Positions 23,620 to 36,124 of a stretch of DNA of 64,000 bases are shown here, in pieces. The DNA is taken from positions 32,984,001-33,048,000 of the forward strand of contig OX597823.1 of assembly GCA_951406725.2 (NCBI GenBank), in the 5' to 3' direction. The stretch comes from Octopus vulgaris. Its lineage: Eukaryota. The translations under genes and the position numbers were made by a program. Below the pieces are notes generated by a model, which saw only the letters and a program-made list of their open reading frames with translations, had not been told where the DNA came from and did not search any database. Each line of letters opens with the position of its first letter. Within the stretch, counting starts at the first letter, position 1.

Positions 23620-24884
23620 TCTCCCACCACCATTATAGGTGTCTACTCTTTGAACCCCCTCTTCAATACGCTATTTCACCATGCATTACCCCTCTCTCGA
23701 TATCCTACGTTCTACTTGCCTAGAACCTGTCCTCTGGACCACCCCTCCCACTGGTGCTCACCCCTCCCACTGGTGCTCACCCACTGGTGCTCCCCTATAT
23801 TTCTGCATCCCCCCACCACCATTATAGGTGTCTACTCTTTGAACCCCCCTCTTCAATACGCTATTTCACCATGCATTACCCCTCTCTCGATATCCTACGT
23901 TCTACTTGCCTAGAACCTGTCCTCTGAACCACCCCTCCCACTGGTGCTCCCCTATATTTCTGCACCCCCCACCACCATTATAGGTGTCTACTCTTTGAAC
24001 CCCCTCTTCAATACGCTATTCACCATGCATTACCCCTCTCTCGATATCCTACATTCTACTTGCCTAGAACCTGTCCTCTGAACCACCCCTCCCACTGGTG
24101 CTCCCCTATATTTCTGCATCCCCCCCCACCACCATAATAGGTGTCTACTCTTTGAACCCCCCTCTTCAATACGCTATTTCACCATGCATTACCCCTCTCT
24201 CGATATCCTACGTTCTACTTGCCTAGAACCTGTCCCCTGAACCACCCCTCCCACTGGTGCTCTCCTATATTTCTGCACCCCCCACCACCATTATAGGTGT
24301 CTACTCTTTGAACCCCCTCTTCAATACGCTGCTCCCCTATATTTCTGCACCCCCCACCACCATTATAGGTGTCTACTCTTTGAACCCCCCTCTTCAATAC
24401 GCTGCTCCCCTATATTTCTGCACCCCCACCACCATTATAGGTGTCTACTCTTTGAACCCCCTCTTCAATACGCTATTTCACCATGCATTACCCCTCTCTC
24501 GATATCCTACGTTCTACTTGCCTAGAACCTGTCCCCTGAACCACCCCTCCCACTGGTGCTCTCCTATATTTCTGCACCCCCCACCACCATTATAGGTGTC
24601 TACTCTTTGAACCCCCCTCTTCAATACGCTGCTCCCCTATATTTCTGCACCCCCCACCACCATTATAGGTGTCTACTCTTTGAACCCCCTCTTCAATACG
24701 CTGCTCCCCTATATTTCTGCACCCCCCACCACCATTATAGGTGTCTACTCTTTGAACCCCCCTCTTCAATACGCTATTTCACCATGCATTACCCCTCTCT
24801 CGATATCCTACGTTCTACTTGACTAGTACCTGTCCTCTGAACCACCCCTCCCACTGGTGCTCCCCTATATTTCTGCACCCCCCC
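23620..24884. repeat. Higher-order minisatellite of about 156-bp and 72-bp units
   Basis: Ten copies of caccaccattataggtgtctactctttgaaccccctcttcaatacgct, with or without an approximately 85-bp module. Confidence 0.95.
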
Positions 24885-24886
24885 CA

Positions 24887-25135
24887 TAAAAAGCACCATC
24901 CGAACGTGGCCGATGCCAGACCCCTCTGGCACCTGTGCAGGTGGCACGTAAAAAACACCCACTACACTCGCGGAGTGGTTGGCGTTAGGAAGGGCATCCA
25001 GCTGTAGAAACACTGCCAGACTAGACTGGAGCCTGGGGCAGTCCCGAGCTCCCCAGACCCCGGTCGAAACCGTCCAACCCGTGCTAGCGCGGAAAACGGA
25101 CGTTAAACGATGATGATGATGATGATGATGATGAT
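24887..25135 (+). mobile_element. RTE-type 3' end (family C), young CpG-rich copy with (GAT)n tail
   Basis: ...ggcgttaggaagggcatccagctgtagaaac...cggacgttaaacgatgatgatg. Confidence 0.8.
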
Positions 25136-25869
25136 GTATACAACTATGTTCATATGTATATATGTATGTAGATGTATGTATGCATGTACAGTATGTGTGA
25201 ATGTATGTTATATCTGTGTGTCTGTGTGTGCTTATACACACTCACACACACATATGTATGTACATACATACATATATATGTATGTTCGTATAAATATAAA
25301 TATGTATATTTAAATCATTCAGGACAGAGAAATGGCTATATGTAAGGCTAAGGATATTTGTCCTATCACTCCCCAACCTCTTTCGCTCTCTCTCTCTCTA
25401 TATATATATGTATGTGTGTGTATATATATATATATATATATGACAGTACTGCCTGACTGGTACTTGTGCCAGTGCAATGTTAAAAGCACCATCCAAGCCT
25501 GATCATTGCCAGTGTTGCCTTACCAGCACATGAGCCAGTGGCATGTGAAAAACAACATTCAAGCATGGTCATTGCCAGTGCCGCCAGACTGACTACAATG
25601 CAGGTGGCACGTAAAAAACACCTTTGAGCGTGGTCATTGCCAGTACTACCTGATTGGTCTTCATGTTGGTGGCACATAGAAGCACCCACTACACTCTCAG
25701 AGTGGTTGGCATTAGGAAGGGCATCCACCAGTAGAAGCTTTGCCAGATCAGAATGGAGCTTGGTGAAGCCTTCTGGCTCGCTAGTCCTCAGTCAAACCAT
25801 CCAACCCATGCCAGCATGGAAAGCGGACGTTAAGCGACAATGATGATCATGTATGTATGTATGTAACAT

Positions 25870-27180
25870 TTGAGGATATGAATGCAGAGAAAGCCCCAGG
25901 ACCATCAAGAATTATCTCTGAAATGTGTAATATATCTGACAGCATAGGATGTGGCCTTGTTCCTTGTATAGTGGATCATGTTGTACAGGAAGATGTCATA
26001 CATAATAGCTGTCATAGCTGTAATCACAGTCATCTGTTACAAGGGTAAAGGAGATACTTTAGAAAGAAGTAATTACAGAAGGGTATCACATTGCTGGATC
26101 AGATCCTGAAAGTTGCAGGAAGAATTCAACCAATTAGGAAGAGAATTAACCTGGATGAGATACAGTTTGGTTTTATGCCTGGAAGAAGTACTACTGATAC
26201 CATCTTCATGGTGAGAGAACTGAAGGAGAAGTATTTAGTGAAAAATAAACCATTGCACTTAGCATTCATCAGCCTGAAGAAAGGTTTTGACAGAGTTCCC
26301 AGTTCTGTAATCTGATGGTTGTGAAGGTGAATGGTTCAGTGGTTAGAGCATTGAACTTACGATTGTGAGGTTGTGAGTTCGAATCCTGGACCAGGCTGTG
26401 TGTTGTGTTCTTGAGCAAGACATTTTATTTCACGTTGCTCCGGTTCACTCAGCTGTAGAAATGAGTTGTGACATCACTGATGCCAAGCTGTATTGGCCCC
26501 TTTGCCTTTCCCTTGTAGATAGGGGAGGCCGGTATGCATGTGCAAATGTTGGCCTTCCACAAACAACCTTGCCTGGACTTGTGCCTGGGAGAGTAACTTT
26601 CTAGGTGCAGTCCCATGGTCATTCATGACCGAAGGGTGTCTCTGAATCTGATGGTTGCTGAGGAAGCTAGGAGAAGATGAATGACTTGTGTGAGCTACAC
26701 CTGCCATGTACAGGGATATTATCAATAAAGCAAGAGTAAGCAGCAAGATCAGTGACAAGTTTAATATGCAGGTAATAAATCATAAGGATTTGGTTCTCAG
26801 TTAACTCCACTTATTCATCATAGTCCTCCAGGCCAGAACAAAAGAGCATAAGTCTGGCTATTCATGGGAACTGCTATATGCTGATGACCTCATTCTTATA
26901 ATCTGATGTAAAATTAGAAAATAAATTCCAAGTGTGGAAGAAAAGCTTGGAATCAAAGATCCTTAGAGTTAACTTAGCAAAGACCAAAGTTTTAGTAATT
27001 AGGAAAACATCATGATTCTACTTCCATTAAAGAATTGGCCTTGCTTGATATATAGAAAAGGAGTAAGTAGAAAATTCCATATGATATACTTGATGCAAAC
27101 TATAGATACACAAGATATGCAATGGTGTCATTAACAGAGGATGTAGACTTTATATGTAGTGGATGGGTTGGAGCAATAAA
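25870..27180 (+). pseudogene. Decayed RTE-clade LINE reverse transcriptase, interrupted by a SINE
   Basis: KAPGPS...SEM, GKGDTLERSNYR, QFGFMPGRSTTDTIFMVREL.EKY..KNKPLHLAFISLKKGFDRVP, WELLYADDL (about 26863-26890), LRVNLAKTK; frameshifts and stops are present. Confidence 0.9.
26322..26644 (+). mobile_element. tRNA-derived SINE with 13-bp target-site duplication
   Basis: A box tggttcagtggttag, B box gagttcgaatcc; TSD aatctgatggttg at 26309-26321 and 26645-26657. Confidence 0.9.
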
Positions 27181-27665
27181 CTCTTAAGAGTACACAAAAA
27201 AATAGAAAACCTAAAGACAGTTAAATAAGATGCATATGGAAAATCGAAATTATAGAAATAAACAAAAAGAGATTCACTAAAAAAAAGTTTTTATATTCAT
27301 ATTTACATGACACTGTTGCTAGTATTTTTTTTTATTAGAACAGGAGTCTGGGACATTGCTATGTTGTTACTAAGCCCCACATTGTTCCCAAACATGCAGA
27401 TCTATTATAAAAAAAACAGTTTCAAACATGACCATCTCACCTTTTTTATTTTCCCATATAGCATTATCCAATGTGATCTTTCTTTTAAAGCTATTTAAGG
27501 GTGTTTTGTGTGCCATTCCTAACTGAGTTTGAGGGAGTCTTGTGTGGTTTGAGGGAGATGTGAGTATTATTTCTAGCTAGTCAAGCCACTATGTACAGGC
27601 TCTGTTGTGATCTTAATTAAGTTATTGTTTCAGTGGTTATAAATATTAGAGAAATCTGAAATTTG

Positions 27666-28032
27666 ACAGTATTGTTTATAGTAAAGATTGTTTGCCAACA
27701 TAACATGGCAGTCCTAGTTTAGGACTAATGTTGCTGTAATTTAGCCCCAGGAGACATTGTCTCCAGTTGGCTATATGACACAATCTGTGTCGTTATATTT
27801 TCGAACAAGAGAATCTAGCACCCCCACTCAGCTCAAATAACCCAGAAATCAGATACACAGATATTGTTTTGAACTGAATGGGGGTACTAGATTCCCTTGT
27901 TTGAAAATATAATGACACAGATCGTGTTGTATAGCCAGCTGGAGACATTGTCTCCTGGGGCTAAATTACAGCAACATTTGTCCTAAACCAGGACTGCCAT
28001 GTTGGCAAACAATCTTTACTACAAAGTACTGT
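27666..28032. mobile_element. Palindromic MITE-like element with about 170-bp inverted arms
   Basis: agtaaagattgtttgccaaca...ctagcacccccactcag is the reverse complement of ctgaatgggggtactag...tgttggcaaacaatctttact. Confidence 0.85.
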
Positions 28033-28925
28033 TGCTGAATATCTCTCGTTGCGAGATTTAAAATTAATAACTTTCAGTATTATTTATGTTATCAATTTAT
28101 GAATGATTTTCTCATTAATGTTCAATATAATGTGATAGCAATCATTCTAAGAACCACTGAAGAATAGCAGAGAAATAGCCCTATGAACAGAACAGGAATC
28201 AATAAGTTTGCAGATGTTTAATAAACATCCACCCTTGGAGCCAGGTATCTGTTGCTTTTTTTTTTTTTTTTGTAAAACGGTTGAAATGCTGAAATATTGA
28301 GTTCTCAGATAAATTTTTTTTTACGTGGCACTCTATAGTCAAATATTTGAAAAGAGGTAAAACTTATTCAAATTTCAAAAATGATTAATAAAAGTGGTAG
28401 AGGAAATATAGAACTACAAAAAATATTTTAAAAAACTACAATAAAAATATTTTTCACGTTGATTCAAATGACAAAGGAAAGAATTAAGAACAATGGAAAA
28501 AAAGAAAAGAAAACCCAATAAATTTATCTGACAACTCAATGAAATTAAGAAAAGAATGAATATAAATGATGGAAAACAAGTAAAAATGGTAAATATTTAC
28601 CTTGTTTTGTTGCTAAAGTCCCTCATAATCAAGATGTTTTAAGACATGGCATAGGTGAGAAAAGACCAACAGGGGTGAAAGAGTCATAGATTAAGAAGTT
28701 TACATGTGTGTGTATGTGTGCGTGTCAATGAGAGATGTCTATACGTGTGTGTGTGTGATGCATCTGTCAACTATGGTACTCTAGAGAGTGGGAAGTGACT
28801 TGTTTTGCTCTGCAGTTTATATATACATTTTTGAAATACTTACATGCAAGCACTTGTACTTATACACTCTGAGAGACACACGCATGCATTTATATATATG
28901 CATACATACACACATATATATATGA

Positions 28926-28936
<11 letters not shown>

Positions 28937-28982
<46 letters not shown>
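28937..28982. repeat. (TG)n microsatellite
   Basis: Direct inspection. Confidence 0.95.
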
Positions 28983-28986
<4 letters not shown>

Positions 28987-30782
28987 CACTCACTCATACA
29001 CACCCTTCATTCCTATTCTACAAACAGTTCTATTCATGCTGTCAGATGTAGTTACATACTGGATACTGGAGTTGGTAGAAGCCAATGAGTGTGGAATTGG
29101 TGCTGAGGGAACAGCGCAGAGATCCTACTACACACCCACATACACACTCACACATTCACACACACATACATACTGGTCTACAAATATATATTACTCTCTC
29201 ATATATGTATGAGTGTTTGTGTGTGTGTGTGTGTGTATCAACTGGTGTGTTTGAACTAGGATTGGTGAATAGTCTGATTTAGGATGTATGAAGAGAGAGA
29301 GAGAGTGTGTGAGTAATGGTGTGGGTTACATGGAGTTAGATAATTAATACACTACAAGTTATTTAACTGTTAATAATTGGTCAGTTTAGTGGTTGATTGG
29401 GATGGAGGTAAAGGACTAATATTACTGAGCCACCTACACCACCTGCACCACCACCACCACCACCACCATCACCACCACTACAACAACTACTGTAGAACTG
29501 TAGCACAATTTAATGTTTAATGTTCAAGAAATGAAAAGAAATGGGAAAAGTAGAGAAATGGAAAGAAAAAGACGGCAACAGGGATTGAAAACCAGGTCAT
29601 GGACATAACTTAGAAGGAGCTTACCTCTAAGAATAATAATTTAAGTTAAGTTAATTTTTTGGCTCAAAAAGCAAAAAGCAAGGCCATGTAGGGAGACATG
29701 AAGTTATGTACAGGGAGGGTGTTCATGCAAAGAGTTCAGGCCATTTGTGGTCACGAGAGACTTTGAACCGAGCGGTCGTCGGCGTGGTAGACATCTATAG
29801 CACTGTATGTGGGTGATATTATTTTACTAACCTCTTGAAGAGATGGAACTATTGTGTAAGTCTGGTGCTGTGGAAAGACCCTCATTCTGGTAATGGTTTA
29901 CATATAATTTCCATTAAGTTTGCTTAAAAATTTTTGTTATTTCTATATCTTCAAGTCTTCACAAAACTGGAATCGCTTTCCTCATCAATCTGCATTAAAT
30001 TTGGTCTGAAATTGTCATGTAAATGTTTCTAGCTTTTTGCCAGTTCTTTGTTGGGTGAAGAACTGCATTCTTCATTTCAATATGAGAGTGCTGGGTCTCA
30101 TCTACTTTTTGCTTGCTTTATCTTGGAGAGTATTTATTTCCAGGTTCTTGTTCTTTTCTCCTTTTCTTGACCTTACCTGCTCTACCTGTGCTTTCCATCC
30201 CCTCTTCATCTTTTTCACAAGACGATGATGGGGTGGTACTGCTGGTTATTGCTGCAGAGGGGAACCTTCTGTCTCCTAGTCATCTCCTAGAATCAAGGAA
30301 GAGGCAAATTCCTTCAATGTTTCTGGAACAACAAAGTCTGCTGGTCCTAGGATTTGGTATAACCTTAGAGCCAGCTGCCTCTGTTGTTGCTATTGCTGTT
30401 TTTATTTCTTTTAAATTTTCATTTCTTCTGGATATAAGAAATCTTTAAATAACCATTACTACCACATGTGTTTTCTACCTTCAATAACCAGCCATAAAAC
30501 TTTTCTGCCAGGACTCATTTCAGGAAACAACTACTTCAGAATTATTTCATGGTTTTAAAGGATCTTAAAATCTTGTATGTCTGAAAAGACCCCAATTGAT
30601 TACTTATTACCAGAAGTCATGCCAGTGCTGGCCATCTACCCATATTGTATCCTGAAGGTAACCAAAGGTTAATGTTGTTACCAATGTTTTTTAACAGAGA
30701 CCTTTATGTTTCTTCAGGTGTAAAATGCAATCAATAATTGTGTATTTTTTGCCAATTATTGATTGTCATATTTTTTGCCAAT

Positions 30783-30990
30783 TAAGAGCGCAGGCTACGA
30801 ATCCCAAGATTCTGAGTTTGATTCCAGACAGTGACCTGAATAATAATACCATCGGAAAATTACCTTAGGAATGAAAACCCAGGTTCAAAATTCCCCCAAG
30901 ACATCTGATGAAGGCTGGAGAGTACATCAACTGAAACGTTGTGTTAACAAACAAGATGAGGACAAATATCCGTCAAATGTAAATAATTCC
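30783..30990 (+). mobile_element. tRNA-headed short element with Penelope-type hammerhead-like tail
   Basis: B-box-like gagtttgattcc and ggttcaaaatt; ACAT-CTGATGA-A-GGCTG...CAACT-GAAA-CG-TT-GTGT at 30901-30944. Confidence 0.6.
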
Positions 30991-32703
30991 TTGTCTCTTA
31001 AATATAGAACTCGTTCTTCACTCCACTTTTATTAATATTCTTATTTCAGTGTCTTTTTGTCACACATCCCTGTGACCTCTTCAGTGACTCTCCTTCCCAC
31101 ATGTCTCTTTCCATTCTGTTTAGTCCAGTTCCCCAAATATAACAATATCTGTTTCAACATACAATTTCATATGAGCAATCTTACAAAATAAATACATAGA
31201 CGTAATATATTTTTGTTTTTCTTGATGTTTAACAAGGGACTTAGGTATTGATGCATGAAAACTTTTTCTCCACCAGCTAATTCATATCTAAAGATTGTTG
31301 GCAGCTCTTGCAAAAGAAAAGACTGGAAATACCTTCCCTGTTTCTTAATTCAAATATTTCATTTTCCATTATTCTCTTTGTTAAACCATTTTGTTACCAT
31401 ATTTCTGTTAAAATACAGTCTTTGCTTTAATTAATTTTGAAAATAATAAACAATTGTTTTTATTCCAGCACACGATCTCAGCTCAGGTCACTTGCTATGC
31501 AAGTACATCTCCGAAAATAATAAAGAATTTATTAAATTAATTTTACCATTGTTAAACTGATGTTTGGAACATAAATTAACATGAAATTCTGATGGAAGGT
31601 TTTTAATTCAGATCATTTTAAAGCAAATAATTTATATCATACATAGAATCAGGAATGGTTTCAGGTGAGTTAGCATTAAAGGAGTGAACAAGTGTATATA
31701 CTTGTCAGTGTTGTTGTTGTTTAAATTTGCATTTCAGATATTAAATTGTAATTATGTGTAGTTAAAGGGTTTGTATTGTTAGACTTCCTGTTTTCTTCTT
31801 TATTCTCATCACTGCCACTGCTGCATCTGCTGCCATTGCCTCTGCTGCCACTGCCACCACCATCACCACCACAACAACAACAACAACAAAAGAACATCAT
31901 CATCACCATGATGATGATCATCATCATTTTAATATTCCCCTTACTATGTTTGGATGAGATCAGACAGAATTTGTTCATGGCAGATTTTCTACTTTTTATT
32001 TGCCAATTTTTTTTTATCTGTTGAAGAGGAAAAAGACTTTTTTTTTCCTTTAAACAGATTCATTGTTGCTCCCTTTCTTATTACTAATCTTCACTGTTTC
32101 ACAAGTAGAGGCAGCCACATTGAAAAATTATTCTAAGCACAATAAAATTTCATAAAAATTTTAAATGTTTAAACAAATCTTCTGTCTACCTCACATACCA
32201 AGGTAGTGATATGCCAACATTCCAACATCTATTGTTCGTAAGATAATCCAAAAAGAAACAATTATCATTCTGTAAAACTTGTAAATAATCCAAAAATTCT
32301 TGGAAAGTTTTATAATGCTTCCAACAAACACAAATAATGGTTTCAAATTTTGGCACAAGGCCAGCAATTTTAGGGGAGGGGATGAGTCAATTACATTGTT
32401 CCCTGTGCTCATCTGCTACTATTTTATCAAATCTAAAAGGATGAATGGCAAAGTCAACCTTGGTGGAATTTGAACTCAGAATGCTAAAAGTTGGAAGAAA
32501 TGCTGCTATGTATTTCATCCCATGGTTCAGCCAGCATGCCACCAGACGATGACAAAAAAAAAAAAATTAAATTTTGGCATAAGGCCAGCACTTTATCAAC
32601 CCCCCCAAAAGATGAAAGGTAAAGCTGACCTTGACAGCTAGAAGATTCGGTGTTAACCATTTCATCCAAAGAGGTAATGATTCTGCTTGCTCACCACCTT
32701 CAC

Positions 32704-32739
<36 letters not shown>

Positions 32740-32740
<1 letters not shown>

Positions 32741-32952
32741 GTTTCAAATTTCGGTACAAGGCCAGCAATTTCAGGGGAGGGGATAAGTCAATTACATTGA
32801 CTCCAATATGCAACTGGTACTTAATTTATTGACCCTGAATGGATGAAAGGCAAAGTCGACCTCAGCAGAATTTGAACTCAGAACGTAGTGGCAGACAAAA
32901 TACCACTACGCATTTCATCTAGCATGCTAATATTTCTGCCAGCTCACTGCCT
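32740..32952 (-). mobile_element. SINE family B between (TAA)n tracts (further copies about 32335-32550, 37760-37905, 40783-40960, 41250-41462, 42660-42870, 47917-48105, 49910-50120, 59392-59590, 60825-61053)
   Basis: ggatgaaaggcaaagtcgacctcagcagaatttgaactcagaacg core. Confidence 0.8.
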
Positions 32953-34306
32953 TTAATAATAATAATAATAATAATATCTTTTATTATCCACAAGGGCATA
33001 GATGAGGGAATATCACAAGGATTTAGGATCTTTTTTGCTTCACTGCACTTTCTAAAATTTTCAAATTAGGAGTATTGGTGTATTTTTCCATGCTGAATCT
33101 CAAGGCCAAATTCACCTATTCCAGAAAATTTTTTTAAAAAATGTTATGGAGTTTTAAAGTTTGATCATTTTTACTCAGTCAGAAAACAGGATTTGGAAGC
33201 TGTCATTTTGTGCATCACTGCATGTGTTGTCAACATTGCAATGATAGCATGTGTTTTAATATCAAACTGTAAAAAAATTGGTGGAATTCTGCTTTACGTA
33301 TGCCTTATAACTTTTCATAACTTTTTTATTTTTTATAATTTTCAGAAAATTTTTTCAAATCTGTATTCTACACATGGGAATTCATACGATTATGCAAAAA
33401 CCAAATAAAAATTTAAGGCCTATTTAGCTGTTATTTTTAGCACATCTCACAACTATCTCATGAGTTTTAAGTATTTAATAAGTGAAAAATGACCATATGG
33501 TTGAACAGGACAGCAATAGATCAGGTAAGCAGCTGGGTAACAGCTTGGCTTATTACTATGGAAGTCTGCAGCTTTCAATTGGTTAAAATTATCCAAAATT
33601 TGGTAACTTTAAGAGCTATTCACTTTTTATTTATTTATGGTGAAAATGAATTTCATGTCAATAATTATCATACAAAACTACATCAATAAACCAAATATGA
33701 AATGAATTAGAATAAAATTGAAGAAATTGAAAAGTGGCAGCCAATCAGAAAAGGTGTGGATTTACATAGAGGATGAAGAAGAAGAAATGGAAAAGACAGT
33801 GGAATGCAATAGAAGTAGACATGATATACAAAGTACGAGATAACATGAATGAGGGAGTCCTCCTGATGCAGGAAAAACTCCAACTAGAGCCAATCAAGGA
33901 ACCCCACAGATCCAGGATTATCCTGTTCACCAAAGGTATGAGCTCTTTCCTGCTCTTCAATGTACAGATGCATTCACTACAACCATGTTTGCCACAGTCA
34001 CCTGTCTTTCCTCAAATTCACCAGAAAGTAACACTTCTCTCTTCATCCTCACTTTCCTTTCCAAGGAGAACTTTAAAAAGTCAATGAGGGCTTGACCAAA
34101 GGAGAACCTTTCTGCTTTTAGGCAGAAGGCTTGGAGCTTTTTATTGGAGGGTGCTAGTCAATTGCATCAATCCCTGTGCTCAATTTGTACTTATTTCACT
34201 AGCCACAAAGAATGAAAGTCAAAGTCAACTTCAGTGGGATTTGAACTCAGAACATAGAGATGAATGCAATGCTGCTAAGTATGTTGTCTGGTGTGCAAAC
34301 TATTCT

Positions 34307-34346
<40 letters not shown>

Positions 34347-34380
34347 TGATGATGATGATAATAATAGTAATAATAATAAT

Positions 34381-34780
34381 AGAAGCCAGACTTAGTCTTA
34401 ATTGAGAAAGAAAGCAAACTATGCTGGATCATAGATATAACATACCCAGCTGACCTCGAGGTATGCAATAAGGAAGAAAGAAAAGTCGAGAGATATGACA
34501 GGTTAGCTTGGGAAGTTAAGCAGTTGTGGTCAATGAAAAAGGTAGGAGTAGTACCAATAATTGTCGGAGCCCTGGGAACAGTGAGCAAAAATCTCGAGAA
34601 GTATGTGGAACAAATAGGGGCTGCAATAAGGGTGGAGTGCTTGCAGAAAACAGCACTGCTTGGAACTGCTCAAATACTCCAGAAGGTGCTTGAAAAATAA
34701 GAGGTGTTACCTTAGTTCACTGGTAGTGAACAGCTGACACTGTAGTACATCTCCAGCGTTAGAAGCTGTGCAAAGGCAAT

Positions 34781-34782
<2 letters not shown>
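34381..34782 (+). mobile_element. 5'-truncated R4/Dong-like non-LTR retrotransposon (restriction-like endonuclease C-terminus plus 3' UTR) inside (TAA)n
   Basis: Open frame 34383-34700: KPDLVLIEKESKLCWIIDITYPAD...KEERKVERYDRLAWEVKQLW...VVPIIVGALGTV...LQKTALLGTAQILQKVLEK*, a PD-(D/E)xK-type RLE; (TAA)n on both sides. Confidence 0.88.
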
Positions 34783-34836
<54 letters not shown>

Positions 34837-36124
34837 CAACAAGAGCATTCTGCCAAGGCAGCACCAACGTCCTCTCAAAAATTTGCCAGAGATGATTTTT
34901 AAAATGACAATATCTGAAATTAACTCAAATGCTCTCACAAAGGAGAATACTAAAAATGAACCTGACTGGTAAGTAAAAAAAATAGGAAAAATAATCCAAA
35001 TCCTTGTCCGATACTGGATCAATTCTAAAATCTAATCAGTTTGTGCTAACCACGGGGCCAAACATCCTTGAAAGTTTTATTCAATCCATCCAGCAGTTCT
35101 TGAGATGTCTTGTCCATGGACAAGCAAACAAACAATCATGACTGAAAACAATACCTCCGCCTTTGCTAAGGCAGAGGTAACAATCCTTTCCTTAGTGGCT
35201 AAAAAGTGTCCAAGACATTGATGGTAGCATAAGGACAAAACAAAACACTGGAGCATTATTAAGAAGGTAACAACAACATCAACAAGGAAAAGATCCCCAA
35301 TTATGGAACAGGGAGCAAGAATCACTTGGAGTTAATTAAAGGCCCAAAGGATTACTTTAACTACAAAGAGTAGCTGCTCCCTTCCAGTTATATTCTCTGA
35401 TCTACTGGCACAAGGTGAAGTCAGTCATCTGGAACTATTCACAACACTCTGACCCACTTTTCAGTAAATCCATTGGGGCAACCCTTCCCTTTCTATCCTT
35501 ATCATCCTCTCCAAATGGAACTTGAGAAATTCAATGGTGGGGTTCAGCCAAAGTGAAAATAGTTTGTTCTCAGTTCTTTCAATAATGTCTACCATAGAAC
35601 CTCTGTTGCCATAACTACTAGACGAGAAGTGCCTACCCTTCACATGAAAAAAGGTTGGGAGATTTTCCTGATGGGCTTGGTTTAGGCATGGTTGAGCGCT
35701 CAAGAAGTTTGCTTCCCAATCATGAGGTTCTTGGTTCAGTATGTCTTCTACTATAAGCCCTGGGCTAACCAAAGTCTTGTGAGTGGATAAACAGAAAACA
35801 GCTTTTCATATATACATGCATGTGTGTGTGTGTGTGGCCTTGTCTTGATATTGTATGATTGTTATAAAAGAATCATCACCATCATAGAAGTAGTGTTGTT
35901 CATTTCCAATCGTCACTGAAAACATGTCCAGCCTTAGGAAAATATTACATCACTTGAAAACAGGTGAGCATTGGTTGATAACAAGGGGTATCTGAATGTA
36001 GAAAATCTTCCTCAACGAATTCGCTCTAGAGAAATAGATGTTGTGATGGCAATGATGATGATACATAAACAAAAAACAAGAAATAAAATATCAATGAAGA
36101 CGTAAGTCAAGATTGTGAAATTTA

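Noticed and set aside
23620-24884. CRISPR-like array of regularly spaced repeats
   Set aside because: The intervening sequences are themselves repeated, so there are no unique spacers; there are no cas genes and the context is eukaryotic. It is a minisatellite.
26330-26395. tRNA gene (also 59650-59700, 43550-43580 and the family A/B heads)
   Set aside because: A and B boxes are present but there is no complete cloverleaf; each continues into a SINE body, and this copy has a TSD
22279-28800. Candidate non-coding upstream exons of the CaaX gene (about 22279-22366; donor near 28601)
   Set aside because: Splice-like signals alone are too common in AT-rich DNA; transcript data are needed
31721-32024. 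Poly-Q/Pro and poly-Cys/Gly ORFs
   Set aside because: Trinucleotide repeats (CAA, CAT, CTG/CCA) with no splice support or homology
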